From the IMG/VR virus record IMGVR_UViG_3300035208_001992: a stretch of 64,000 nt of DNA; one strand, written 5' to 3'. The notes under the pieces were generated by a model. The model was not told where the DNA came from. It did not search any database and saw only the letters and a list, made by a program, of their open reading frames with translations. Positions 28,510 to 38,425 of this stretch are shown here, one piece after another (the first letter of the stretch is position 1; each line of letters starts with the position of its first letter). The DNA comes from a virus. Its lineage: Duplodnaviria > Heunggongvirae > Uroviricota > Caudoviricetes. A program made the translations under genes and the position numbers.

Positions 28510-29232
28510 TTAGTGGATCCTCACGCGTAAGTTTTGACCCTTTGCGATCTTCTCGAAGAGCCTCATCGATTCTTCACTGATCGGGTCTGTGAACTCAGAC
28601 TTTGGTAATTCTTGCTCTGGTTCCGGCTTGCGAGCATTCGGATCTTTGACAGGCAAGTCAATACCAAGCGTGCGCGTGCGCCACTGGTATTTAGCGTTCG
28701 GATTCGTTGTGCCACGCGCGTTTGCGACGTTCACTGTGAATCGAGCTAAAGCAGAACGCAACGTGCGAGTGACGTACTTCGGCGCGTCGGTCGCAATCCA
28801 GAAATTGCAGTTGCCAGCGAAGCCGACCTTTGCGTCAGGTGTCCATGCGCCATGTACACGTGGATCGAATTCACAGTCAAACATGACGGTGCCGTCTGAA
28901 TTGCTGAATGTTAGATAGCGCTGACCATTGTAGTCAACGTAGTGCATTGTGCGTGGGCTCAATCCAGCTTCGCGTAAGAAGCGATCGAACACAGCCGAAA
29001 TATCGATCTCGCCTGTAGGCCGACCACGCGCAATGCTCCGTTTGAATTTCACACCTGTGAATTCCAAAGAGTCCTTTAGCATGAAGTCGCGCTTGTCTGG
29101 CTCGACGACATCTGAAGCAATCAAACGAGAAAAGCCACCACTTCTGGAAATGGCGGCTTTGACTAACAATAGCGCTGAATACATGACATGATCTCCGCAG
29201 TGCTGAAGTGCTCTATAAGAGTTCCAGCTCAA
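28510..29232 (-). CDS. Hypothetical protein, 240 aa
   Basis: ORF abuts the portal start. Confidence 0.75.
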   Translation of the reverse strand: MSWNSYRALQHCGDHVMYSALLLVKAAISRSGGFSRLIASDVVEPDKRDFMLKDSLEFTGVKFKRSIARGRPTGEIDISAVFDRFLREAGLSPRTMHYVDYNGQRYLTFSNSDGTVMFDCEFDPRVHGAWTPDAKVGFAGNCNFWIATDAPKYVTRTLRSALARFTVNVANARGTTNPNAKYQWRTRTLGIDLPVKDPNARKPEPEQELPKSEFTDPISEESMRLFEKIAKGQNLRVRIH

Positions 29233-29600
29233 ATGGCTGGTGCCGCACCTGTATTGACGGGAATCGGCCAGACGGAGTTGTTCTTCGGATTGAACATCGC
29301 GTAGCGCTTGCCTGCAAGTTTGACGCGCGTGAGGCGTTCACCAGTAAGCGGATCAATGCCAGCAATGACTTTGCGATCATGCTCGCCAAGCTCTGCCTCG
29401 TAAGGAACAGGCTGACGCTCTGAGACTGGAGTCCGCTTTGCTTTGATCTTGGCAAGCAGTGAATCAATCATCTGCCGATAGCTCTCGGTTGTGTCAGCCG
29501 TGACAACAACGCCAGCGCGCTTGAGATCACCAATGACACGACGTTTGAGAACTGCGTCGTCACCAACTGACGCGCTTACATACTGTTCGATCTTTTGCAT
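29229..29600 (-). CDS. Hypothetical protein, 123 aa
   Basis: Coupled ORF between terminase and portal. Confidence 0.75.
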   Translation of the reverse strand: MQKIEQYVSASVGDDAVLKRRVIGDLKRAGVVVTADTTESYRQMIDSLLAKIKAKRTPVSERQPVPYEAELGEHDRKVIAGIDPLTGERLTRVKLAGKRYAMFNPKNNSVWPIPVNTGAAPAI

Positions 29601-29612
29601 CGTTAGTTCCCT

Positions 29613-30059
29613 TTATTCCTTGAAAGACTTGTGGGCTTCAATGAGATCATCAATGGCTTGTATGATGAGCGGATTGTCTTCGCTTACGATCTTCAAACAC
29701 AAGCTGTTGAGATCAGGATAAGACGATGAAACAAACAACTGAGTGCCATGGCTGTTCATTTGGATGATGTGGCGTGAACCACTCAATCGCTTTCTTCGAC
29801 CAGCGTCAATGCCTTGCATATACGCTTGATACGCAGCGCGCGTAGCTGATTTAGCGTCGACTGCGTCAAAGTTCTCAACATAGTCAAGATCTTTGAACAT
29901 CGAAACAGCTTCAGCGACAGCATCGTCATGGCCGATATTGCCAATGTCAACAAGAGCATTGTGCAGAAGGACGGCGCGTGCTTTGTCAGCGTGATCGGCG
30001 CCAGTACGCGCAACAATAGTGAGCCCAGACTTCTTTGCAATAGACCTGATGTCATTCAT
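29613..30059 (-). CDS. Class B leader cargo protein, 148 aa
   Basis: MNDIRSIAKKSGLTIVARTGAD; resembles 56047-56472 (H..KAR.LL). Confidence 0.8.
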   Translation of the reverse strand: MNDIRSIAKKSGLTIVARTGADHADKARAVLLHNALVDIGNIGHDDAVAEAVSMFKDLDYVENFDAVDAKSATRAAYQAYMQGIDAGRRKRLSGSRHIIQMNSHGTQLFVSSSYPDLNSLCLKIVSEDNPLIIQAIDDLIEAHKSFKE

Positions 30060-32131
30060 CTACGTGCTCCTGATTGTCCGCGAACTAGTCCAAGGCCGAT
30101 TGAGCCGACGCGTGATCCGCCAGACGCGCCACTGCCTTGAGACAGTTGCGCGATCATGCCGATCGATCTACGCGGTCCATTCTTGTTAGATGCCGCGCCT
30201 AAGCCGCCTGCCATTATCTTTGGCAAGAGCTCTTCGTCATTCAAGAATCGGTAGCATAGTGCCATTGTACGAAAGACGTCGTCGTCTCCATACTTCGGTT
30301 TCACTACTTTGCCGTTGCCGATTTCACGAACTGTCAACGTCTGCAGCACAAGCGAGAAATTCGGTTTGTCTGCTGCAGTTTGCACTAGATCAACGTCGGC
30401 TGTGCGATCTAATAGAGAGTTGAGCGGGAACTCAGTGAACGGCATTGACAGCGTCTTCGAGAAGATCGCCTGCCGCAAATCGTTGAAGTCCTTTGCGAGC
30501 AGCGTATACTGCCTTGCGTCCATGCCTTGGTCACGCATGTGCTGCACGTTTTGGATCGAGTTCCAGTGATCATATACCAATGCAACGCAGTTAGAGCGTT
30601 CGACAAGAGGCTTCACGAAGTCCGTGAACATGCGATCAAGATTGACCTTGGTGTTCGCAGGAGGCTTAAGCATGAATGCTGTATCAACACGAGAGAGCTT
30701 GCCGGCGTCGAGTGATCCAATGCAGCAACCGAACGCATTGTTCGTCAATCCATTGTCGATCGCGATGATGTGCGCACCTGAACCAAGGTTGACTTTGTCT
30801 AGTTGGAACCAAGTGGTCGTGTCACCATACATATTGGTGTCAGTCATCTGCTTGTACGTGACATATGGAGGATCGGGCAGCTTACGCACGATGTCGATTA
30901 CTGCTTTGACATCGCCAATCCATGGTGCGTTAGCGAGCGGTGGAATCGCACCGAAGTCACGCCAAGCTACTTCAGGATCTTTCACGAACTCTTCGGCGAG
31001 AGATTCCTGCGTGTAGTTGGGGTTGAATTCCCAAGTTGCGTAGTGACCAGCGTAGATACGCTTGTTTTGACGAGCTTCGCGCATGTGCTGCGACAAGATG
31101 TCATTCACATCGAATGGTGACGAGATATCCATTGAGATCGCGTTTGGCACGTCGTAACGGCCTGCACGCATCATCTGGTCAGCAGCGTTGCGGATGGTAC
31201 GCAGCGAGTTGTTGAGCGCCACCCACACTTCTTTGATGTCACCGACCTTCTTCTCTTGCGCATCAGTCATTGAGCTGTTGAACCAACAGATTTCGTCGAC
31301 ACCACAGAAGTAACGAGTCGCACCACGAAGCTTACGCTTGTCTGGCGCCTTGATCGTGACACCCATGCGCTTGTGATGGTAACTAACAAATGTATCGGAA
31401 ATCTTGAAGAGCTCCTGGCCAAGACGCTGTCCATGAAACTTCAGGAACTCGAAGTAGCTGTTGTACCATGGCGACTCTTTACGAATCGAAACAATCTGAT
31501 CCCAGACGTTATCGAACGCTTGAGTTGCAGTGACGCCTGTGAACGCTTGTCGAACGAATGTTGGCATCAGCCCGAAGTACTCATATGGAGCAACGCGGCG
31601 ATTGTCGTTCTCAAGTGTTAGATACAAGTGATCTTGATAGAGCGATGCCATGCCAAGCGTCATGTTCTTGCCACCGCGCTGACCGACAAGCAATGCAATG
31701 CGGTTGGGGAAGTACCAGTGACGTTGCACTAGCATGTCAAAGCGTGTCTGACCACACTTTGGACATTTGCCAAAGCGCATGAACACGATGTGCTCGAGGT
31801 ATTCTTCCATCGGCTTCTCGTGCATGTTGTTTGCCCACTCATGATCTGAGCAGAACATGCAGATTTCGCCGTAGGCTTGCATCACAACTTGAAGCTGACG
31901 CGGGAATGCCTTTACGCCAAGACCGCGCTTCGTGAATTCATAGAAGTTTGCATAGCGCGGAATCTCGCGTTCATCGAACGCAGCTGCAACGCGGAAGTCG
32001 AAGTTGTTGACAATCGCTGACTGCAATTGATCAAGCAAAATCTCTGGATTGAATTCTGTGTCTTCTTCAAGCCTGTATGCTTCTACGCTACCGAGTAGCT
32101 CAGCATCAGTCTTCTTTCGTCTCATTGCCAT
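30056..32131 (-). CDS. terL: Terminase large subunit, 691 aa
   Basis: Walker A GQRGGKN, Walker B FCGVDE, RNase H-like nuclease IIAIDNG and C-terminal DDDV. Confidence 0.92.
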   Translation of the reverse strand: MAMRRKKTDAELLGSVEAYRLEEDTEFNPEILLDQLQSAIVNNFDFRVAAAFDEREIPRYANFYEFTKRGLGVKAFPRQLQVVMQAYGEICMFCSDHEWANNMHEKPMEEYLEHIVFMRFGKCPKCGQTRFDMLVQRHWYFPNRIALLVGQRGGKNMTLGMASLYQDHLYLTLENDNRRVAPYEYFGLMPTFVRQAFTGVTATQAFDNVWDQIVSIRKESPWYNSYFEFLKFHGQRLGQELFKISDTFVSYHHKRMGVTIKAPDKRKLRGATRYFCGVDEICWFNSSMTDAQEKKVGDIKEVWVALNNSLRTIRNAADQMMRAGRYDVPNAISMDISSPFDVNDILSQHMREARQNKRIYAGHYATWEFNPNYTQESLAEEFVKDPEVAWRDFGAIPPLANAPWIGDVKAVIDIVRKLPDPPYVTYKQMTDTNMYGDTTTWFQLDKVNLGSGAHIIAIDNGLTNNAFGCCIGSLDAGKLSRVDTAFMLKPPANTKVNLDRMFTDFVKPLVERSNCVALVYDHWNSIQNVQHMRDQGMDARQYTLLAKDFNDLRQAIFSKTLSMPFTEFPLNSLLDRTADVDLVQTAADKPNFSLVLQTLTVREIGNGKVVKPKYGDDDVFRTMALCYRFLNDEELLPKIMAGGLGAASNKNGPRRSIGMIAQLSQGSGASGGSRVGSIGLGLVRGQSGARR

Positions 32132-32153
32132 GTTGTTTTACCTAGTTTGCAAG

Positions 32154-32756
32154 TTAGAGATCGTCTTCAGGCTCGTCATACAGGCCTTGATCGCCTGGAT
32201 GGTCTTGGTCGTCTTCATCGATATTTATGTGCTGGAGATTTGGCCTGTCGAACCCGAACTTCTCCAGCCAGTTCTTGAATCGCTTGTCGCTGTGTGCCAG
32301 CTCTTTTATTTTCATGGAGCGCATGCAATCACATAGTATCGTTGCGAGATCTTTTTCGGTATTCAGCAAGCGCTCGATGAATTTGTCAATCGTAGCCATC
32401 GCCGATTCAGGCGCGATTATGATGAATGTGCTTCTCTTGCTCTTGCCGCGTTGACTGTGGACCCATTCAAGCCTGAGTGGCTGCTTGATGAACTTTGTTC
32501 CGATCGCGCCAATCATGTCTTCCATGTCACGCGCCCATGCGCTTGGAGGACTAGCGATGAGCACGTGCCTAGAGAAGCTTCTATTGATACGCTTCAGAAG
32601 CTTTTCACCGAGTTCGTCACAAGCATTGTCGAACACGTTCACATTTTCGCTCTCACAGACGAAGCGCAGCGTGAACGGAAACCAAGTTGATTGCGTATCA
32701 GCCGCAACGCGTGCTGTCACAACCAATCTGTGCTTGTTAGTGATCTCCTTGATCAT
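32154..32756 (-). CDS. Class B leader protein with an acidic tail, 200 aa
   Basis: MIKEITNKHRLVVTARVAAD. Confidence 0.8.
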   Translation of the reverse strand: MIKEITNKHRLVVTARVAADTQSTWFPFTLRFVCESENVNVFDNACDELGEKLLKRINRSFSRHVLIASPPSAWARDMEDMIGAIGTKFIKQPLRLEWVHSQRGKSKRSTFIIIAPESAMATIDKFIERLLNTEKDLATILCDCMRSMKIKELAHSDKRFKNWLEKFGFDRPNLQHINIDEDDQDHPGDQGLYDEPEDDL

Positions 32757-33214
32757 CTCGTATGTTCCAACTGCACGCGACTTGCGCGATGAACTAGAGC
32801 CTCTGCGCTCTCTTCGAGATGCTGACAGAGCTGCAGTGTGATGCTCAAGCTACGTCGATCAAGCGTTGGCAAAAGCAGCTTGACACTCTTCTCAACAGCT
32901 AAACCGAAGTCATCAACGACCTTCGAAAGGCGTTCATGCGGATTGCGAGGATCAGTCTTGTTTATGATGTTGATCAATCCGTTTGTAAGCTTGCGGATGC
33001 GCTCAACTTGCTTACGTGATTCGACGTCGAGCATCATGCCAGCTGTATCGCGATAGCGCTCAACAGCGCGGTCAACGTTTGAGACAATGCCATTCAAAGC
33101 GATCTTCATGTTGTCGATCAGCTCAAGTCTGTCTGCATTCATTGCTACCACACGTGATCCAGATTGTATCAATGCAGCTTTGACGATCTGCAATGCAGTG
33201 ACGTGCTTCTTCAT
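32753..33214 (-). CDS. Helical hypothetical protein with a partial class A leader, 153 aa
   Basis: MKKHVTALQIVKA; GGAG RBS. Confidence 0.75.
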   Translation of the reverse strand: MKKHVTALQIVKAALIQSGSRVVAMNADRLELIDNMKIALNGIVSNVDRAVERYRDTAGMMLDVESRKQVERIRKLTNGLINIINKTDPRNPHERLSKVVDDFGLAVEKSVKLLLPTLDRRSLSITLQLCQHLEESAEALVHRASRVQLEHTR

Positions 33215-33226
33215 CTCTTTCTCCAA

Positions 33227-33610
33227 TTATGGCTTGCGGTGAGACTTCAACGCAAGCTCACTGAGCTCTGTGTACAAGTTGAATAGCTTGTTAGACTCTC
33301 GTACTGCTTTGACCATCGGTGTAAGCGTTGGTGATGTAGTCAGCAGCTCGACGTTCTTTGACAGCGCAATGACGTGGATCGAAGCGCCTTTAGCATCGGC
33401 ATCGAACATACTGCGAATCGCGTTCTTCACAGCGTCCTCTGCAACGCGACTTGACACCATGAAGATGATGCCAGTCGCTTCTTGCAGCAGGCGCTTGAAC
33501 GTAGTAGATTCCTTGCCGCCATAGCCGTACATGAAGTGGAAGACGCGCTTCAAGCTGTCTTCAGTCACTGTCATGTACGCGCTGCGGTCCTCAGGAGCGT
33601 GTCTGGTCAC
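33227..33610 (-). CDS. Hypothetical protein, 127 aa
   Basis: Coupled ORF. Confidence 0.7.
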   Translation of the reverse strand: MTRHAPEDRSAYMTVTEDSLKRVFHFMYGYGGKESTTFKRLLQEATGIIFMVSSRVAEDAVKNAIRSMFDADAKGASIHVIALSKNVELLTTSPTLTPMVKAVRESNKLFNLYTELSELALKSHRKP

Positions 33611-35130
33611 GGGATGCGTCCTGCATAAATCACCTTGACAGCCTTGCGCTTGATCAAGCCGACGAGGAACGTGAGGCCATCATCATATGACAGCAGCTTC
33701 AGCCTCTCGTGGATGCGACCAGAGAAACCGTCGATGTCTTCATCTGGCTTCAGGATCTTTGGGTTAGGTATGGCCGCATATTCCTTTGCACCCATCTCAA
33801 ACCAAATGCACACGTCTTGATTCGACACACGTTGGATCCCAACACCACGGTAGCGCCAAGGAGTTCCTGCTGGAACGTCGACTGCACCGAGCTGTGCGCG
33901 ATCAATTTCTGTCGACACGTCATCACGGATTTCGCTTGTCGAGAGCTTGTCGGCTTGGGTGATCTTGAGTTTCTTTGCTTTCACTAAGCTGTTGAGCCGT
34001 TGCAGCACAGCAGTGTAGCCAGGAGCTGTGTTGAGTAGCTTACGAACTGCTGTATCTAGCTTTGCTACGTTGCCGCCAAATAGCGCGTCTGATGGAGCGT
34101 AGAAGTAGCGCTTGTCTCCGACGATGGCACAAATGTGCTTGTCGTCTTCGCATACACCTAAGTACGCAAAGCGGAAGCCGCTCTCAGCAGCTGCAGTAGC
34201 CACGGCTGATTCAGCGGTGTTAGCGTCTTCTCCTTCGGCGTCCTCGCCTTCACCTTCGCCGATCGAGTTGAGGAAGCCTTTCTTCTTGCCATCCTTTGCA
34301 GCCTCGTCTTCGTCGGTCTCTTCGCCTTCTCCTTCACCTTCGCCGGCGCTTTCATCGCCCTCTTGAGCAGGCTCGCCTTCGCCAGTGTCTTCGCCTTCGC
34401 CTGAATCACCTTCCTGTGAATCTTCAGGCACTTGCTTTGCTGGCTTGCCGTTCTTCAGATTCTTGACGACTTGGTCGAACTCGTTGGCGTATTGATCGCC
34501 ATCAGTTGTCTGGACTTCTCCGTCCTCATCCATCTCAGCGTCTTGACCGTCTTCTCCAGCATCTTCTGGGTTAGCGTCTTCAGCAGGCTCGCCGCCTGCA
34601 TCGCCGTCCTCTGGTTGAACGTTCGCTGGATCTACGTCAGGGCTCTCCGTAGCTGAGTCATCAGCCACTTCCTTGTCAGGAGACATAACGGCGTCTTCTG
34701 GAGGCTGCGGATTGCCATCGTCGACTTGCAGATCGAGTGCTGGATCTTCGCCAGCAACATCGTCTTTGACGCCATCGCCATCTGCGTCCGCTTCACCGAA
34801 GAACGACAACTGCTGCGTCACCTTGGAGACCGATCGCAAAAGACTGACGTATGCTGTGGTGTCTTCACCAGCCACGCTCGAGAAGTGAATGAGCGTTGTG
34901 AGTGACTGCGTGAGCTTGAGCAAGTCATCGCCAACTGCAGCGCGTGCTTCGTAGATCTTCGAGTACGCGTTCTCGCGGAGCTGCGCACGCAGCGCAGTGA
35001 GCTGCTTCACAATGCTGTTCGTCATCGTAGCATTTGCTGTGACGAGTGATTCAATGCGCTCTCTGACGTCAGTCTTCGAAAGCACAGATTCGACCCAGTC
35101 GAGTGTTTCTGTTGTTTTGTCATGTGCCAT
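33607..35130 (-). CDS. Acidic low-complexity protein, possible scaffold/core protein, 507 aa
   Basis: About 200-aa D/E/G-rich tract; two VAGE sites; duplicated C-terminal domain. Confidence 0.75.
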   Translation of the reverse strand: MAHDKTTETLDWVESVLSKTDVRERIESLVTANATMTNSIVKQLTALRAQLRENAYSKIYEARAAVGDDLLKLTQSLTTLIHFSSVAGEDTTAYVSLLRSVSKVTQQLSFFGEADADGDGVKDDVAGEDPALDLQVDDGNPQPPEDAVMSPDKEVADDSATESPDVDPANVQPEDGDAGGEPAEDANPEDAGEDGQDAEMDEDGEVQTTDGDQYANEFDQVVKNLKNGKPAKQVPEDSQEGDSGEGEDTGEGEPAQEGDESAGEGEGEGEETDEDEAAKDGKKKGFLNSIGEGEGEDAEGEDANTAESAVATAAAESGFRFAYLGVCEDDKHICAIVGDKRYFYAPSDALFGGNVAKLDTAVRKLLNTAPGYTAVLQRLNSLVKAKKLKITQADKLSTSEIRDDVSTEIDRAQLGAVDVPAGTPWRYRGVGIQRVSNQDVCIWFEMGAKEYAAIPNPKILKPDEDIDGFSGRIHERLKLLSYDDGLTFLVGLIKRKAVKVIYAGRIP

Positions 35131-35134
35131 TCTG

Positions 35135-35686
35135 TTAGTCTCCGATTAGGGTTGAATCGTTTGTGCGCGTCTCTTCAGGCTGTGCGCCAGAAGTCTCTTG
35201 CGTCGTTGTGAACCTGAAGATCTCTGCACCGCCTGATCTCGAGTCGAACACACGTTCTTGTATGCTCGTGTCGCCGTTCAAGCGATGGAACTCGCGACGC
35301 TGCGCAAGAGTGTAGCGATGGAGCTCTTGAATCATCGCGATCTCAGGAGCGCCAAAGTCGTACCGCGTTACTTCAGCATAAGGATACGGTACGCTATTTG
35401 ACATCACAGTGACGATGTACGCTTCACGCGAGCTTGATTGGCCAGCTTGTGACACGTTCGCACCATAGACGTATGCGATGCCTGGCACAGGCGACATCGG
35501 GTTTTGCACGGGCGTATCTGACCAAGCAGCGTTCACGAAATCGTAGAACTTGCCGTAGTGCGCTGACGTTGACGTGTCACAGTACCAGGTGAACGTTGGC
35601 GCGAGTCCAAGAACGAACGCGCCATTGTTCGGTACAGCGAATCTCAAGTTAGCTGTGCCACCTAGTGGCAAAGACTGCTGGATCAT
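35135..35686 (-). CDS. Probable virion structural protein (beta-rich), 183 aa
   Basis: Beta-sandwich-like composition; GGAG RBS. Confidence 0.65.
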   Translation of the reverse strand: MIQQSLPLGGTANLRFAVPNNGAFVLGLAPTFTWYCDTSTSAHYGKFYDFVNAAWSDTPVQNPMSPVPGIAYVYGANVSQAGQSSSREAYIVTVMSNSVPYPYAEVTRYDFGAPEIAMIQELHRYTLAQRREFHRLNGDTSIQERVFDSRSGGAEIFRFTTTQETSGAQPEETRTNDSTLIGD

Positions 35687-35704
35687 TGATCGTCTCCGTT
35701 TCTA

Positions 35705-36088
35705 TTACTTCAACAGCTCTTCTTTGACGTACGGACCTGCTTTGGCGAGCAGTGCCTTCAAGCCAGCATCAGTGAACTTCGTTGTGGTCTCGACAGGCTC
35801 GTAGATCTTGTCAGAAGGACGGCGCACAAGCAGTTGCAGCTCGACAGCGTTCTTCTTCTTGCGATTCTCGACGACGCGTAGGATCGCGCTGAGCTTGGTA
35901 CCGTCGACGTCTGCTGAACCTTCCCACCGGCGAGATTCGCGCGATGTGCCACGATCAGATTCATGGAACTTCCACTTGACACCACCGAGATCTTCAGCGA
36001 TGTTCTTCACGCTGGTTAGTCCCTCAGGCGCGTTGTGCGATCCGATGACGTTCAGTCCATAGGTGGCTGCGATATGCTTGATGCTCAT
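35705..36088 (-). CDS. Class B leader protein, 127 aa
   Basis: MSIKHIAATYGLNVIG; the ARV core is degenerate. Confidence 0.75.
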   Translation of the reverse strand: MSIKHIAATYGLNVIGSHNAPEGLTSVKNIAEDLGGVKWKFHESDRGTSRESRRWEGSADVDGTKLSAILRVVENRKKKNAVELQLLVRRPSDKIYEPVETTTKFTDAGLKALLAKAGPYVKEELLK

Positions 36089-36609
36089 TGTCTCGTCCTT
36101 GTTCTGTATGGTTTGCTCAACATGACTTTCAAAGCATGTTCAGCGTCTGAATATGCTTCATGGATTGCAGCTTTAGCAGCCGCTGTTATGACGTGCATTT
36201 GATTATGACCGTCAACTAATTTGAATTCTTTGCTCACAGTCTCAACTGATTCGCCGTATTGGCCTTCACGACCATGACTCACTGCGCACTTAAGGACCCA
36301 TTGGCACGAAGCAGAATATGGCGAATTCGTCTTCAGCACATTGTTCAGTAGAACAGGTTCTGATCTTACGTCGTCGAAAATTTGCAAATCAAAGATGATT
36401 GTCCTGTCTTCTTCACTTGCTTTGCCAGGAACAATGTATGACCAGTGCCCGTAGTCATGCTCAAGTTCTACTTCTGCATCACCTTTCGGGATCAATGAAT
36501 TGATCAGCGACTGCTCTAACAGATGCTTTGGCGTGATGCTATTGTTGATATTTTCGCCGGCTGTTCTTGCAAGTGCTTGTTCAACAGCAGCGAATGCAAG
36601 CGTCGTCAT
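36085..36609 (-). CDS. Leader-motif cargo protein, 174 aa
   Basis: MTTLAFAAVEQALARTAGE. Confidence 0.8.
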   Translation of the reverse strand: MTTLAFAAVEQALARTAGENINNSITPKHLLEQSLINSLIPKGDAEVELEHDYGHWSYIVPGKASEEDRTIIFDLQIFDDVRSEPVLLNNVLKTNSPYSASCQWVLKCAVSHGREGQYGESVETVSKEFKLVDGHNQMHVITAAAKAAIHEAYSDAEHALKVMLSKPYRTRTRQ

Positions 36610-36611
36610 GC

Positions 36612-37544
36612 TTAGACCTCATCATCACGCGTTGCGAAGTATGGCAATGCAGTAAGAAGCATGCCGTTCACAACACGACCGAATTCACCGTCTTCAAGTT
36701 GCTCGTACAGTTCTTGCGCTGACTGACGCGCGTTGCCTTGAAGCGTAAGCGTATGATCCTTGTCAGAATCAGAGTAGTCCGTTGCGCGATGAAGCAGACG
36801 AATCTTGCGAATTGCAACGGCACCAAAATCAGCATCGGTAGTGACATAGAAATTGAGCAGCAAATCGTTCGGCAAGTCATCAGCCTCGACTGTGAACTTG
36901 ATGACGACGTCCGTGCCTTCTTTCATACGCCCAGCAGTTAGTGGCGTCAACGTTGCGCGGTTCGCAATCTTGATTGCTGGCTTCGTGTTGAGGTAGCGCA
37001 TCATCTCTTGCGCAAAATCGAACGGATCGGGCTGCTCGATGTCACGATTGAGTTCTGGATGGCGTTCGCCAATGTGAGCCATTGCGTTGGTATACAAGCG
37101 ATGAGCAACGCGATTCAGATCACTGGTGCGATCATGGAACTTCTCGCGTAGTGCTGTAACGATTTCTGCAGGCTCGAAGCAGATGACTTCACGCTCATCA
37201 GGCGCGGTGTTGCGGTATTCCTTCTCTTTCGAGATGGCACGCAGCTTACGCGCGTATAGCGTTCCCATGTCTTGGTCGTACGAGACATAGAGGACGAACT
37301 CAAGATCTGGCACTTCAACATTCTCTGTGACGTACACGAATTTGAGCGTATAGTCACCAGTCGCTACTAACTTGCCGATTGTACGGAAGCGTAGCTTGAG
37401 TCCATTGCCGATGTCAGCTTCTTGGCGGTATCCCCAATGCGTCTTGAGATAACGCGCGAAGTCTTGAGTTGTAGGCGGCGCTTGCGCAATGATGAGCTTA
37501 CTGCCAGGCAACACGTATTTGAGCAACTGTAGTGACGAAATCAT
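36612..37544 (-). CDS. Hypothetical protein with an internal duplication, 310 aa
   Basis: DLEFVLYVSYDQDMGTLYARKLR vs DLLLNFYVTTDADFGAVAIRKIR. Confidence 0.75.
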   Translation of the reverse strand: MISSLQLLKYVLPGSKLIIAQAPPTTQDFARYLKTHWGYRQEADIGNGLKLRFRTIGKLVATGDYTLKFVYVTENVEVPDLEFVLYVSYDQDMGTLYARKLRAISKEKEYRNTAPDEREVICFEPAEIVTALREKFHDRTSDLNRVAHRLYTNAMAHIGERHPELNRDIEQPDPFDFAQEMMRYLNTKPAIKIANRATLTPLTAGRMKEGTDVVIKFTVEADDLPNDLLLNFYVTTDADFGAVAIRKIRLLHRATDYSDSDKDHTLTLQGNARQSAQELYEQLEDGEFGRVVNGMLLTALPYFATRDDEV

Positions 37545-37554
37545 TGCGTTGACC

Positions 37555-37938
37555 TCAGAAGTTTGCGTTGAGAAGATCGTCAGCAGTCAGCAGATTGCCA
37601 GCGTTGTTTCGAACTTCGATGTCGCCTTGGTAAACCAAGCGTGCGAGATGCACGGTTAAAGTGCCGCCCATCGACGTTACGACTGTCTTCTTGATGAAGA
37701 GCTCTTCAAGTTGAATCGGCTGCGTCGAGATGTTGATTGCACTGTTGTTCGATTGACCAGCTGCGAACGGATAACCGTCGATGGTACGCGTGCCAACTGG
37801 ATTCGGAACAAGAGGCACGTTGGCATGATCAAGTGAATTGTCTTTGATCGTGATTGCAACGCGACCGCGCTTGCTCACTGGGACAGACTTACCAGGTTCT
37901 TTCAACCAGTATGTGTCAGCGATTCGAATTGACAGCAT
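37555..37938 (-). CDS. Hypothetical (possibly structural) protein, 127 aa
   Basis: ORF with an AGGA RBS. Confidence 0.7.
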   Translation of the reverse strand: MLSIRIADTYWLKEPGKSVPVSKRGRVAITIKDNSLDHANVPLVPNPVGTRTIDGYPFAAGQSNNSAINISTQPIQLEELFIKKTVVTSMGGTLTVHLARLVYQGDIEVRNNAGNLLTADDLLNANF

Positions 37939-37953
37939 GTTAGATTCCTTGTC

Positions 37954-38424
37954 TTAGCTTCGTTTGTTTGCGTTGTAATATGCAGCAAACGCGCGAGTGA
38001 TTGGTCCATTTGATTGAAAGTCGGCGTTTAACTTGGTCAATGGATATTCGGTGCCGTGGGCAATGATCATCGTCTTGCCGTCAGTGTAACCGGAAATCTT
38101 CCAAACTTCAATGTTTGCGCGAGCGCCAAGCAAGCCAACGATCTTCATGCCAGTATACACCGGAGTTGTCAGATCATGCTTAGCACCATATGTGCAAACG
38201 TAGAAGCCACTGTTCTTAAGCGCGTCAGCAACGTTTATTGCAAGTGGGTTGCTAGATCCTGATCTATATCCGTCCGTATCACTGATGTAGTGAAATATCA
38301 TGAGCGCTTTTTGCAAGCTCTTGTGAATCGACTTGAATTCTTTGACGTCGACATCTGATTCTTCAGATGCAACGCGTCCAACTATAGCAAGACCAGATTT
38401 CTTAGCAATGTGTTGTATGCTCAT
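37954..38424 (-). CDS. Class B leader cargo protein, 156 aa
   Basis: MSIQHIAKKSGLAIVGRVASE. Confidence 0.85.
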   Translation of the reverse strand: MSIQHIAKKSGLAIVGRVASEESDVDVKEFKSIHKSLQKALMIFHYISDTDGYRSGSSNPLAINVADALKNSGFYVCTYGAKHDLTTPVYTGMKIVGLLGARANIEVWKISGYTDGKTMIIAHGTEYPLTKLNADFQSNGPITRAFAAYYNANKRS

Positions 38425-38425
38425 G

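Noticed and set aside
30056-32131. Intein or intron in the terminase
   Set aside because: No C...HN intein ends or LAGLIDADG motifs; the ATPase and nuclease motifs are contiguous.
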